DNA of 63,648 nucleotides, filler included, from Octopus bimaculoides (GCF_001194135.2; 8 parts of 7 records of this genome joined end to end with filler, not necessarily neighbours in it), one strand, 5' to 3'. Positions 10,085-22,469 are shown, counted from the whole stretch's first letter. Numbers and translations: made by a program. The notes: generated from the sequence alone by a model not told the origin.

Positions 10085-10583
10085 GGAGCAGAAGATCAGT
10101 CCAACTCACACAAGCATGGAAGAAATGATTATGAGGAGGAGGAGTAAGATGAGATCGGGGGTGAAGATGAGGATGATTGTGATAATGATGGAGGAGGAGA
10201 AAAGAGATTAAAGAGGATAAAAATGATGGTGGTGATAATGAAGAAGAGGATATGTTGACAATGATAATAATGACAATGACGATGATGATGGTGAAGCAGA
10301 GGAGGAAGAGAATGAAGATGATGATGATGATGATGATGAAGATGATGACAGTGATGATGATGACGATGATGATGATGATGGTGGTGAAGCAGAGGAGAAG
10401 GAGGAGAATGAAGATGATGGTGATGATGATGATCAGCAAAATGATGATGATGGAGGAGGAAGAGGAGGATATGATGATGAAGAAGAGGAGGCAGGAGAGA
10501 AAGAAGAGGATATGATGGTGAGGATGATGATGATGGTGGTGGTGGTGGTGGTAGTGTGCTGATGAGAAAGAAGATGATGATGG

Positions 10584-10642
<59 letters not shown>

Positions 10643-10765
10643 CCAAGGAGGAGGAGGAGGAAAATGATGATAATAATGAGGAAGAAGAGAAGGAAGAGGA
10701 TACGATGATGATAATGACGACGACGATGACGACAACGATGACGACAACGATGACGACAATGATGA
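10085..10765. repeat. Compound GAT/GAG/AAG cryptically simple repeat
   Basis: Direct reading; low-complexity ORFs in several frames. Confidence 0.9.
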
Positions 10766-11231
10766 TGGAAGATCTGGCAAACTGCCCCACCCACAGAAAA
10801 ACTTACTAACCAAACCAAAGTAGATGGCAAATTTCCGACCATTGGCACGATTTTCAAATCTTGATAGAAACCCAAGAGTGTTGCATAGAAATCTTCTAAA
10901 GTAAAACAAAGCCAAATATTTGAGAAATGAAGATTTGGACTTCAAGATAGATAGATATATATATATATATCAAAGTCATCCATATTTTGAGAGTTCCACA
11001 TTTGAAGCTATTGATTCAGGCCAAAACAATTTCCATTCAAGTTAATGTGTATTTGAAATAGAAATCAGAGTTTGCTTGGTTGGTTGGTTGGTGTTTGTTA
11101 TTTTTTGTTTAGCTGTGTTGCGGTTTGTTTGTTCTTGTTTTACATAAAAAAAAAAAGGAGTTGGTTCGTAATGAAAAAGAGAGAGAGAAATAGAGAAGGC
11201 AGAAGGAAAAGAGGAAGTGCAGAACAATAAA

Positions 11232-12092
11232 TAAGGGTAGCAAGGCAAAAAGGTTAGAACGCTGGGCAATATGCTTAGCGGTATTTCGTCTGTCTTTATG
11301 TCCTGAGTTCAAATTCCACCAAAGTCGAATTTGCCTGTCATCCTTTTGGGGTCGATAAATTAAGTACCAGTTGCATACTGGGGTCGATCTAATCGACTGG
11401 CCCACCCTCCAAAAATTTTGGGCCTTGTGCCAAGAGTAGAAAAGAATATATTACATTTCTAGCGCAGTGAGCTGACAGAAACGTTAGCACACCAGGCGAA
11501 ATGCTTAGCAGTATTTTGTCTGTCTTTGTGTTCTGAGTTCAAATTCCATCGAGGTCAACTTTGCCTTTCTTCATTTTGAGGTCGATAAATTAAGTACCAG
11601 TTGTGTACTGAGGTTGATCTAATCAACTTGCCCCTGCCCCCAAAATTTCTGGCCTTGTGATTAGAGTAGAAAAGATTAAAGGCAGCTAGATGGCAGAAAC
11701 ATTAGCATGCCAGGGGAAATGCTTAGCAATATTTCGTTTGTCTTTACATTCTGAGTTCAAATTCCACCAAGGTCGAATTTGCTTTTAATCATTTTGTGGT
11801 TGATAAATTAAGTACTAGTTGCGTACTGGGGTCGATCTAATCGACAGGCCCCCTCCCCAAAAATTTTGGGCCTTGTGCTTAGAGTAGTAAAGAAACGTTA
11901 GCACGCTGGGTGAAATGCTTGGCGGTATTTCGTCTGTCTATATGTTCTGAGTTCAAATTCTGCCGAGGTTGACTTTGCCTTTCATCTTATTGGGGTCAAT
12001 AAATTAAGTACCAGTTACGTACTGGGGTTGATCTAATCGACTAGCCCCCTTCTCAAAAATTTCAGGCCTTGAGCCTAAAGTAGAAAAGAATA
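11232..12092 (+). repeat. Head-to-tail tandem array of four SINE family C copies
   Basis: Units at about 11232-11447, 11461-11677, 11678-11890 and 11891-12092, each with tgagttcaaattc, aaattaagtac(c/t)agtt and ggccttg..agagtag-like ends. Confidence 0.9.
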
Positions 12093-12101
12093 AATAAGGG
12101 T

Positions 12102-12194
<93 letters not shown>

Positions 12195-12429
12195 GAGGAG
12201 AGAGAGAAAGTGAATTGTTTTATTCATTTCAGTCATTAGACTATGGCCATGTTGGGGCACCACCTTGAAGAATTTTAGTCAAACAAGTCGGCCTCAGAAC
12301 TAATTTTACTTTCAAAAGCCTGGTACATATTTGTTCAGTCTCTTTTGCCAAACTGCTAAGTTACAGAGACATAAACACACCAAACACATTGATCAACAAG
12401 CAGTGATGGAGGACAAACACAAACACACA

Positions 12430-12822
12430 TGAGTGGCTGTGTGGTAAGAAGCTTGCTTCCCAACCACATAGTTCTGGGTTCAGTTCCACTGCATGGAAAC
12501 TTGGGCAAGTGTCTTCTACTATAGCCTCAGGCTGACCAAAGCCTTGTGAGTGGATTTGGTAGATGGAAACTGAAAGAAGCCCATCGTATACATGTATATG
12601 TATATATGTGTGTGTTTGAGTGTCTGTGTTTGTGCCCCCACCATCGCTTGACAACCGATGCTGGTGTGTTTACGTCCCCGTAACTTAGCGGTTCGGCAAA
12701 ATAAACTGATAGAATAAATACTAGGCTTCCAAAGAATAACTCCTGGGGTCGATTTACTCGACTAAAGGCGGTGCTTCAGCATGGCCACAGTTGAAACACT
12801 GAAACAAGTAAAAGAGTAAAAG
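12430..12822 (+). mobile_element. SINE family B, full length
   Basis: gagtggctgtgtggtaagaagcttgc head through gtaaaagagtaaaagagt tail. Confidence 0.9.
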
Positions 12823-12844
12823 AGTATGTATGTATGTATGTATG

Positions 12845-13012
12845 CGGCAAGCTTCTTTTGGTTTCCATCTACCAAATCCATTCACAAGGCTTTGATCAGC
12901 TCAAAGCTATAGTAGAAAACACTTGCCCAAGGTGCCATGCAGTGGGACTGAACCCAGGACCATGCAGTTAGGAAGCAAACTTTGTACCACACAGCCACAC
13001 CTACGCTTGTAC
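12845..13012 (-). mobile_element. SINE family B, 5' half, inverted relative to 12430 copy
   Basis: Reverse complement aligns with 12430-12590. Confidence 0.85.
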
Positions 13013-13385
13013 AGCCATGCCTGCATGGAGACTGAAAAGAAAACTTTTCCATCAATTCTTCTTGTCTCTCTTCTTCAACACCCTCTTATCTCTGCCACAC
13101 TTTTTTTTTCGCTCTCTCTCTCTCTCTCTCTGCCTGTCTCTCTTCCCTCACTCTCATACTATACCATTCTTCTTTGTCTCTCTCTTTCTCTCCCTCTTTT
13201 CCTTCATTTTATTTCTCTGGTGCATCACAAATATATCACTAACGCCTCCATAAATATCAACCTGATGGATAGATTCAGTAGCAGAATGTATAGACTAAAT
13301 ATGGAAAATGATAAATACACACACACACACACACACACACANNNNNNNNNNNNNNNNNNNNNNNNNNNNNNNNNNNNNNNNNNNN

Positions 13386-13397
13386 TTAATTAATTAA
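13386..13397. other. Assembly gap marker TTAATTAATTAA (not biological)
   Basis: N44-TTAATTAATTAA-N44 = 100 bp; the same 12-mer sits inside N runs at 18674, 25422, 49425, 54471, 58456 and 61334. Confidence 0.95.
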
Positions 13398-13713
13398 NNN
13401 NNNNNNNNNNNNNNNNNNNNNNNNNNNNNNNNNNNNNNNNNTTTTCGCCTCTGGCATTAGGAGCGGGAAGTCGGCCTCGTTGAAAACCTTAGCCATATTC
13501 GTTTTAAAGAATATGGCTAGGAACGAGGAAGATATGTTTGAATTTTTGGAAATAAGGCTCTAAATAGAGCTATTTCCGATTTGAAAAATATATGTTCACG
13601 AAGTATTTTGTGTTATACACAACTTATACAAAATTTTAAAACAAAATAGGTCTTTTAAGAGGTGAAAAATGCAACTTACATGGGAGCCGATGTGTCTACC
13701 GTCCGTCCATGAT

Positions 13714-13764
<51 letters not shown>

Positions 13765-13767
<3 letters not shown>

Positions 13768-14130
13768 AGGGGCTTCATTCGTTTTTCTTTTCCAATAAAG
13801 TGACAAGAGGCTATAGTGAAAGAGGGTGTTCAAAAGTTCCTAGTTTTAAGGGTTTCACGAAAGGCCTGGCTGGAGGTCCAACATTCCGAGTTCCTTTACA
13901 AGGTCTAGAAAACCTGAAGGACCGCTGCACTAAGTGTGTGAATCTGAGAAAGGAATGAAATAATAGTCAACTGATCGTCCTGTATTTTCTTTTACCTAAA
14001 TCAAAGAACTTTTCAGCGCCCCCTTGTAGAAAACATTTTACCAAGGTACTATGAAGTGTTACCTAATCCGGAACGATGTGATTGGGTGATTGCGAAGTAA
14101 ATTTCTTATCACTCAGCCACACCTGCGCCT
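13765..14130 (-). mobile_element. Degenerate SINE family B split by a MITE
   Basis: gaggctatag (to 13816) rejoins tagaaaacattttaccaaggtac (from 14027), reconstructing the family gaggctatagtagaagacacttgcccaagg. Confidence 0.65.
13819..14026 (+). mobile_element. Mariner-derived MITE / internal-deletion derivative
   Basis: Imperfect TIRs aaagagggtgttcaaaagttcct and aagaacttttcagcgccccccttg; TG/TA flanks (decayed TA duplication); internal QGLENLKDRCTKCVNLR resembles a mariner transposase C-terminus. Confidence 0.7.
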
Positions 14131-14789
14131 GTACGTACGATATTCGATACTATGCAACAGACATTTATTTGACTTAGAATGTTAATTCTCTGTAGTCTAC
14201 AAATATTAAATGGTATAATTAACGGTTAAATGAGCTTGAGAAGGATTAGAGTAGACTCAATAGGTCACAGGTGCCCAAGATGATTGACAAGAAAAGCCAA
14301 ATGTAATATGTTTTAATGTTCAACAGCCGCAAAAGTATTTTTTAAATTATATTTTTAAATAAGAAACTATACTCACTAAAGTATATTGATTAATTACTGC
14401 GCATTCTATGCTTTTATTAAACCTTCATTTTTGTAATTGATACTTCGAAAGCTGTATTATAGGACGTCCCAAAATTGTAAAGGACACTCTACGTGGTCGT
14501 TGGAGATTCTAAAAATAGCAGTCATATTTCTCATAAAACACAACCTATGTCGTTCAAAACAAAACAAAAAATCATATCTGAAACTACACTGAATAATATA
14601 TTGTGATATACATGCTGATACTACACACACATACCATTTTGGCTGCTTCCATATAAGGGCTGCTCTACTATTATTCAATCCTTTACGGATACTTCTACTA
14701 GGCCAACAGGGATGCTGTCTCCTTTGAATTTTCTCTTATTACTGTAAGTGTATAGGAGAATGTTACAAATCTTTACAACTCTCATTGCA

Positions 14790-15015
14790 TAAGTGAATGG
14801 GTGTTACAACATGAAGTAGAGACGACAACTCCTGAATATTGTGAAAAGAGAAAAAAGGCCCACAAAGCTCATCTCTGATGGTTATATTCTAAGAAACAGA
14901 TATCTTGGAAACATTATCACGGAAGGAAGGAAGTGTAAAGGGTGATGTGGTGGATCAAGAGGCAGGAAAAGAACGCAATGAATGGGAAATATCACGAGCT
15001 GGTTGGACAACTGGC
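14790..15015 (+). pseudogene. RTE-clade LINE ORF C-terminal remnant, old
   Basis: EWVLQ...KLISDGYILRNRYLGNIITEG...GSRGRKRTQ*MGNITSW resembles NEWVL...GHI.R...I.EG...G.R.RGR...W..NI..W; frameshifts and stops. Confidence 0.55.
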
Positions 15016-15414
15016 GAACTAGCCCTTAATTGAGATTTTCGTTGTAGCATCATGAATGCGCTGCAGGTGTACGATATATGATGTCGACGATGGCGGCGGT
15101 GGAGGCGGTGGAGGCGACGAATGTAATGGCCTCTGTTCCTCGAAACTGTCTAGTTTCATACCTCCATTGCTTAGGCACCACTTGTGTTTTCCCTCAGGTC
15201 GTTCTTGATGTGTCCAACCGCCACTACAACTCAATGGCCCATTCTGTCTGACTCTAAATTACCCGGGTATTTTAGCATCTTCTCCCTGCTCATATCTTCC
15301 CTGCATATCTTGATCGGCAACTGCTTAAACGGACTATCACTAACATCAAACTCCCCGCTCAACGAAGGTTAGCAAAAATCGTAATTAACATCCTTTCCTC
15401 CAACCTTAGCTCTT

Positions 15415-15891
15415 TTACTCTTTACTCTTTTACTTGTTTCAGTCATTTGTCTGCGGCCATGCTGGAGCACCGCCTTTNNNNNNNNNNNNNNNNNNNNNNN
15501 NNNNNNNNNNNNNNNNNNNNNNNNNNNNNNNNNNNNNNNNNNNNNNNNNNNNNNNNNNNNNNNNNNNNNNNNNNNNNNNNNNNNNNNNNNNNNNNNNNNN
15601 NNNNNNNNNNNNNNNNNNNNNNNNNNNNNNNNNNNNNNNNNNNNNNNNNNNNNNNNNNNNNNNNNNNNNNNNNNNNNNNNNNNNNNNNNNNNNNATATAT
15701 ATATATATATATACATACACATATATACGATGGGCTTCTTTCAGTTTCCGTCTACCAAATCCACTCACAAGGCTTTAGTCGGCCCAAGGCTATAGTAGAA
15801 AATACTTGCCCAATGTGTCACGCTGTGGGAGTGAACACGGAACCATGTGGTTGGTAAGCAAGCTACTTACCACACAGCCACTCCTGCGCCA
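15415..15891 (-). mobile_element. SINE family B spanning an N gap
   Basis: Tail ttttactcttttacttgtttcagtc at 15415-15477 and head at 15728-15891. Confidence 0.85.
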
Positions 15892-16549
15892 GTTAAAAAA
15901 AAAAGAGAATTAGAATTAAAGCAATAAAAACAATGAAAGACGGTTTTGTCACGGTTGGAACGCTTTTGATCATAGATCTCTGTCTTACGCTTGACCTAGT
16001 GCCAAAACAACAACAGACCAAAACTAACAAAAAAGCTGTATAATACAGACAGAAGTAAAAATGTCGAGTCCAGAATTCTTAAACTTCAGCGCTGGCAATA
16101 ATGGTTAGAACTAAAATCGTTTCCACAATTATCGGGTATCGGTCTTTTTTCTTTTACATTAAACCATGTAACATCTGTCATAAAGAAAACTGCAGCCAAA
16201 TATGATCAGTGGAGATAACTGAAGGATATCGTTGTTAACTAATTGTATAACAAAGATACAACGTGAGATAAATATGTCTAACATTAACGTTTATCAAACT
16301 GTATTTCGTGTATAATTATGTTTTTCGTACAATGCCATTTCCAAGACGAGAATTTCCTCTTCTCTGCTTTTGTCCATAACTGATTTTTTTTTTGCTTCTT
16401 TCTTTATTTTTTATTTATTATATTTTTATTTTATTTTATGTTTTGTTTTGTTTTTCTGTTTCGCCTATGGCTTAGCGAAATTTTTGTAACAGCAAACGTG
16501 ACATTTGATATTGCTGCTCTTACTCGAAGCTAGCGTTGTTGCTGCCGTC

Positions 16550-16593
16550 ATTGTGGGTGGTGGTGGTGGTGGTGGTAGTGGTGGTATTCGTGG

Positions 16594-16640
<47 letters not shown>

Positions 16641-16883
16641 GGGATGATGATGATGAGGAGGAGGAGGATGGTGATGATGATGATGAGGATGATGATGATA
16701 GTAATGGTGGTGGTGGTGGTGGTGTTGATAGCAATGGTGGAGGTGGTGATAGTGGTGATGGTGGTAGTGATGGTGGTGGTGGTGGTGGTGCTGATAGCAA
16801 TGGTGGAGGTGGTGATAGTGGTGATGGTGGTAGTGATGATGATGACAGCAATGATGGTGGTGGTGGTGGTGATGGTGATGGTA

Positions 16884-16916
<33 letters not shown>

Positions 16917-17009
16917 GCAATGATAGTGGTGGTGGTGCTGATGGTGATGATGATGATGATGATGATGATGATGGCAATGATAGTGGTGGTGGTGGTGGTG
17001 ATGATGGTA

Positions 17010-17056
<47 letters not shown>

Positions 17057-17143
17057 CGCAATGGTGGTGGTGGTTGTGGTGGAGGTTAATGATGACGATG
17101 ACGGTGGTAGGGAGTGATTGTTGTGATTATGATGGTGATGGTA

Positions 17144-17176
<33 letters not shown>

Positions 17177-17497
17177 GTAATGGTGGTGATGGTGGTGATG
17201 GTGGTGATGCTGAAGGTGATGGTAATGATGATGATTATAATGGCAATGATGGTGATGGTGGTAGTGGTGGTGGTAATGCTGCTGCTGCTGCTGATCATGA
17301 TGATGCTGATGATGGCAATGACGGTGGTGGTGGTGGTAGTGGTTGCGATGGTGATAATGGTGGTGATGTTGGTGGTCGTGACGGCAGTGGACGTGATGGT
17401 AGTGTTTGTGATGGCGGTAAGGGTGATGATGTTTGTGGTGGTGATGGTGGTGGTGGTGGTGGTGGTGGTGGTGGTGGTGGTATTGGCGGTGGTGATT
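16550..17497. repeat. Long compound (GAT)n/(GGT)n cryptically simple repeat with internal duplications
   Basis: Direct reading; gatagcaatggtggaggtggtgatagtggtgatggtggtagtgatg repeated at 16727 and 16793. Confidence 0.9.
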
Positions 17498-18159
17498 TTT
17501 GAACCGGATGCATTATTTAGCCAATTTTCGTCTAGAAACGGCAATGGCCCATTACGAACGTATCTGCTACTGTTGCTGCTGCGCCTCCTCCCCCTACTAC
17601 TACTACTACTACTTCCACGCCACATGAGAATTCCTCGGGATTGACTGCGTACAGATACCAAGCATTTTTCTGCACTGCAACACATTATTATCTCTCGTAA
17701 CATCACTGGGAACAGGATCTAATGGAGGAAAATAATTTTGTGTTATTCGCCATTTTGTAGGCATTTTTGAATTACTTTTTTTAATATTCCAATCTAGCAA
17801 CTGCTCTCAACAACAACGTTTTCTGCAATTCATTACACTTATGTTAACCTACTAAAATCCTACGGTCCATTTGTTGTTTTGTTATCCACGTAATCAAGCA
17901 CAGTATACGTGTGGGACTTGAATTTTACTTTTTAACCTTTCTTTTACCCATGTTTTTGTTTTTCTTTTTTTCTGTTATTTGTTTTATTTTGTTTTGTTTT
18001 TTTGTTTTTTTTTGCAAAAAAAAAAAAAAAAAAAAAAACAACTGCTTTTGGTGCATCGTTGTCCATTTGCGTTTTTATATTGTTTCGTACCAATAAGAGA
18101 TTGCCAAAGTAATACTCAGTCACCGAAATCATAATGCTTGTGCGAGAGAATAATAACGT

Positions 18160-18161
18160 TG

Positions 18162-18242
<81 letters not shown>

Positions 18243-18292
18243 TTGTTGATGATGATGATGATGATGATGATGATGACAATAATAATAATAAT
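18160..18292. repeat. (AAT)n(GAT)n compound microsatellite
   Basis: Direct reading. Confidence 0.95.
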
Positions 18293-18300
18293 CTTTTCTG

Positions 18301-18465
18301 CTATAGGAACAAGGCCTGAAATTTGTGGGGAGGGGCCAGTCGTAACTGGTACTTAATTCATCGGCCCCGAAAGGATGAAAAAGGCATAGTCGATCCCGGC
18401 GGCATTTGAATTCAGAACGTGCTGACAGACGAAATGCCGCTCAGCATTTTGCCCGGCGAGCTAAC
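18301..18465 (-). mobile_element. SINE family C with internal deletion
   Basis: Reverse complement of the 11461-11677 type; the gtcgat...gtcgat segment is shortened. Confidence 0.8.
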
Positions 18466-18491
18466 AACAACAACAACAACAACAACAACAA

Positions 18492-18547
<56 letters not shown>

Positions 18548-19808
18548 TTACTACTACTACTACTACTATTACTACTACTACTACTACTACTAATAATAAT
18601 AATAATAATAATGATATTGATGATGATGANNNNNNNNNNNNNNNNNNNNNNNNNNNNNNNNNNNNNNNNNNNNTTAATTAATTAANNNNNNNNNNNNNNN
18701 NNNNNNNNNNNNNNNNNNNNNNNNNNNNNTCGTATGACAAGGAAACGTGCAATATCGCAACAAAAAACAGGTATTCAGTCTCTTATACAACGCACACTGG
18801 TCTAAACTGCAGTTTTATTCCCGCGTTTTACCCTACACTTATTAAGAGTGAGCCAGAACTATAATTTGAACACAAAAACACACACATATACTTGTATATA
18901 TGTATCTACATATTTGTGTGTGCGTACATGTATGTACATACATGTATGTATGTATATATGTATATATATATATGTATATATATGTATGTATATATATATA
19001 TATATATATATNNNNNNNNNNNNNNNNNNNNNNNNNNNNNNNNNNNNNNNNNNNNNNNNNNNNNNNNNNNNNNNNNNNNNNNNNNNNNNNNNNNNNNNNN
19101 NNNNNNNNNNNNNNNNNNNNNNNNNNNNNNNNNNNNNNNNNNNNNNNNNNNNNNNNNNNNNNNNNNNNNNNNNNNNNNNNNNNNNNNNNNNNNNNNNNNN
19201 NNNNNNNNNNNNNNNNNNNNNNNNNNNNNNNNNNNNNNNNNNNNNNNNNNNNNNNNNNNNNNNNNNNNNNNNNNNNNNNNNNNNNNNNNNNNNNNNNNNN
19301 NNNNNNNNNNNNNNNNNNNNNNNNNNNNNNNNNNNNNNNNNNNNNNNNNNNNNNNNNNNNNNNNNNNNNNNNNNNNNNNNNNNNNNNNNNNNNNNNNNNN
19401 NNNNNNNNNNNNNNNNNNNNNNNNNNNNNNNNNNNNNNNNNNNNNNNNNNNNNNNNNNNNNNNNNNNNNNNNNNNNNNNNNNNNNNNNNNNNNNNNNNNN
19501 NNNNNNNNNNNNNNNNNNNNNNNNNNNNNNNNNNNNNNNNNNNNNNNNNNNNNNNNNNNNNNNNNNNNNNNNNNNNNNNNNNNNNNNNNNNNNNNNNNNN
19601 NNNNNNNNNNNNNNNNNNNNNNNNNNNNNNNNNNNNNNNNNNNNNNNNNNNNNNNNNNNNNNNNNNNNNNNNNNNNNNNNNNNNNNNNNNNNNNNNNNNN
19701 NNNNNNNNNNNNNNNNNNNNNNNNNNNNNNNNNNNNNNNNNNNNNNNNNNNNNNNNNNNNNNNNNNNNNNNNNNNNNNNNNNNNNNNNNNNNNNNNNNNN
19801 NNNNNNNN

Positions 19809-19867
<59 letters not shown>

Positions 19868-19879
19868 GTGTGTGTATAT

Positions 19880-20075
19880 GTTTGTCCCCCAATATCGCTT
19901 AACAACCGATGGTGGTGTGTTTACGTCCCCGTAACTTAGCGGTTAGGCAAAACAGACTGATAGAATAAGTACCAGGTTTCCAAAGAATAAGTCCTGGGGT
20001 CGATTTGCTCGACTAGAAGGTGGTGCTCCAGCATGGCCGCAGTCAAGTGACTGAAACAAGTAAAAGAGTAAAGGT
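19880..20075 (+). mobile_element. SINE family B, 3' half (5' half in gap)
   Basis: tttgtcccccaatatcgcttaacaaccgatgg...ccagcatggccgcagtcaagtgactgaaacaagtaaaagagtaaa. Confidence 0.85.
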
Positions 20076-22469
20076 ATAAGCCGCACTTGACAAATATAGC
20101 TCAGACACCGATGACACGGACATAGCAACGTTGGAGCTTCTATACAGTCGTTCAATCTGATAGATATTAGGAGCAAATTTGTATAAAATCGCGAAGGAAG
20201 AGATTATAAATTAACTTCAAAATAGTTTCTTCGAGGACAAGATAATTACACATGAATCGTATTCATTGGTGGGTCTGTGCGATTGGAGTTTTCCTGGTGA
20301 GAAGCAATAACCATGTCACCACATACAACTACATATTCACATGTGCGTGTACACCCGACGGCACACATACAAATTAATTACTAATATTAAACAGAAGAAT
20401 AATTGCAGGTAACTTGTAGTTCTTGTGTGTGTTTGTGTGTGTGCGTGTATGTGTGTCTGTGTGTGCGTGTGTGCGTGTGTGTGTGTGTGTGTCTGTTTGT
20501 GAGTGTGTGCGTGAGAGAGAGAGAGAAACAAAGAGAGAGAGACCGAGTGAGGGAGATGAATGCAGGTATGGAGATGATAAAAAAATACTTGTATTTTGTT
20601 GTTAATACATATTAACAGAAAATTCAATAATTTCAATATTCTTTGAGCGAAAATAAAATAATTCTAACTGACGATATTTGAAAAAATGAATTATGTTTAT
20701 CTTTTAAATGACAAAAACACAGTATCATCTAAATGAAAATAAACGAAAATGTTAATATAGAATATATATTCATTAAGTTGATGTTAATTGTAACTGTACG
20801 TGTTATATATATATATATATATATATATATATNNNNNNNNNNNNNNNNNNNNNNNNNNNNNNNNNNNNNNNNNNNNNNNNNNNNNNNNNNNNNNNNNNNN
20901 NNNNNNNNNNNNNNNNNNNNNNNNNNNNNNNNNNNNNNNNNNNNNNNNNNNNNNNNNNNNNNNNNNNNNNNNNNNNNNNNNNNNNNNNNNNNNNNNNNNN
21001 NNNNNNNNNNNNNNNNNNNNNNNNNNNNNNNNNNNNNNNNNNNNNNNNNNNNNNNNNNNNNNNNNNNNNNNNNNNNNNNNNNNNNNNNNNNNNNNNNNNN
21101 NNNNNNNNNNNNNNNNNNNNNNNNNNNNNNNNNNNNNNNNNNNNNNNNNNNNNNNNNNNNNNNNNNNNNNNNNNNNNNNNNNNNNNNNNNNNNNNNNNNN
21201 NNNNNNNNNNNNNNNNNNNNNNNNNNNNNNNNNNNNNNNNNNNNNNNNNNNNNNNNNNNNNNNNNNNNNNNNNNNNNNNNNNNNNNNNNNNNNNNNNNNN
21301 NNNNNNNNNNNNNNNNNNNNNNNNNNNNNNNNNNNNNNNNNNNNNNNNNNNNNNNNNNNNNNNNNNNNNNNNNNNNNNNNNNNNNNNNNNNNNNNNNNNN
21401 NNNNNNNNNNNNNNNNNNNNNNNNNNNNNNNNNNNNNNNNNNNNNNNNNNNNNNNNNNNNNNNNNNNNNNNNNNNNNNNNNNNNNNNNNNNNNNNNNNNN
21501 NNNNNNNNNNNNNNNNNNNNNNNNNNNNNNNNNNNNNNNNNNNNNNNNNNNNNNNNNNNNNNNNNNNNNNNNNNNNNNNNNNNNNNNNNNNNNNNNNNNN
21601 NNNNNNNNNNNNNNNNNNNNNNNNNNNNNNNNNNNNNNNNNNNNNNNNNNNNNNNNNNNNNNNNNNNNNNNNNNNNNNNNNNNNNNNNNNNNNNNNNNNN
21701 NNNNNNNNNNNNNNNNNNNNNNNNNNNNNNNNNNNNNNNNNNNNNNNNNNNNNNNNNNNNTGTATATACACAGACATGCATGTATGTACGTAATTTGTAT
21801 GTATGTATGTATGTATGTATGTATGTATGTGCGTATGTACGTACGTATGTTTGTAGGTATGTTTTCATGTGCAAGTTGCAATTTTATAGTTTATTTTGAT
21901 CAGTCTTCTGTCCTTTAGCAATATTACAATGAAAATATTTGCTATATACTTTATATTCTAAATTTCTTAAAAGATAAAAATCTTCACCTCTGCTATTCTT
22001 TGTACAAACATTTCCGTTCGAAAGATCTCAAAAGAGTTGTCCTCTTAAAGATGTTCATTATCATTTGGAGAACATGAAGTATGGATTAAAATTCTTTTGT
22101 CTGAGGTTTCAAGTTTTTCCCGATTCTGATCTCGAAGGTTTGTTACATAGTCTACAGCGATGGTAAGAAACTGTATAAAGCAAAATGTGCAATACTAGCA
22201 CTTTGAAACTTCCATATCGATCTTTCATTGATAACTTCTAAAATCCTGTAATTTTCTTACAGCATATGTATGTATGCATGCATGCATGTGTGTATGTATG
22301 AATGTGTGTATGAATGTATGTATGTATGTATGTATGTATGTATGTATGTATGTATGAACGTACGTGCGTATATATTTACGTATGTATGTCATTATTCAGG
22401 TTTATTTCAAGATTTCTTGCCAATAGAGAAAGTGCCAGATTCTAAATGTATGTATGTATGTATGAATAT

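Noticed and set aside
11232-12092. Regularly spaced repeats resembling a CRISPR-like array
   Set aside because: The whole unit is repeated with no unique spacers and matches dispersed SINE copies; eukaryotic context, no cas genes.
13386-13397. TTAATTAATTAA recurring seven times (13386, 18674, 25422, 49425, 54471, 58456, 61334), superficially like a conserved motif or array repeat
   Set aside because: Always embedded in N runs (N44 on each side where I counted, 100 bp total); it is a scaffolding placeholder with stops in all six frames.
13484-13515. Hairpin tagccatattc/gaatatggcta as a possible Helitron 3' end
   Set aside because: CTAG lies inside the stem rather than downstream of it, and no matching 5' TC end or second copy is seen.
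15048-15410. GC-richer segment with plausible splice sites and 60-70 aa frames
   Set aside because: No recognisable family in any frame and no partner exons; left uncalled.
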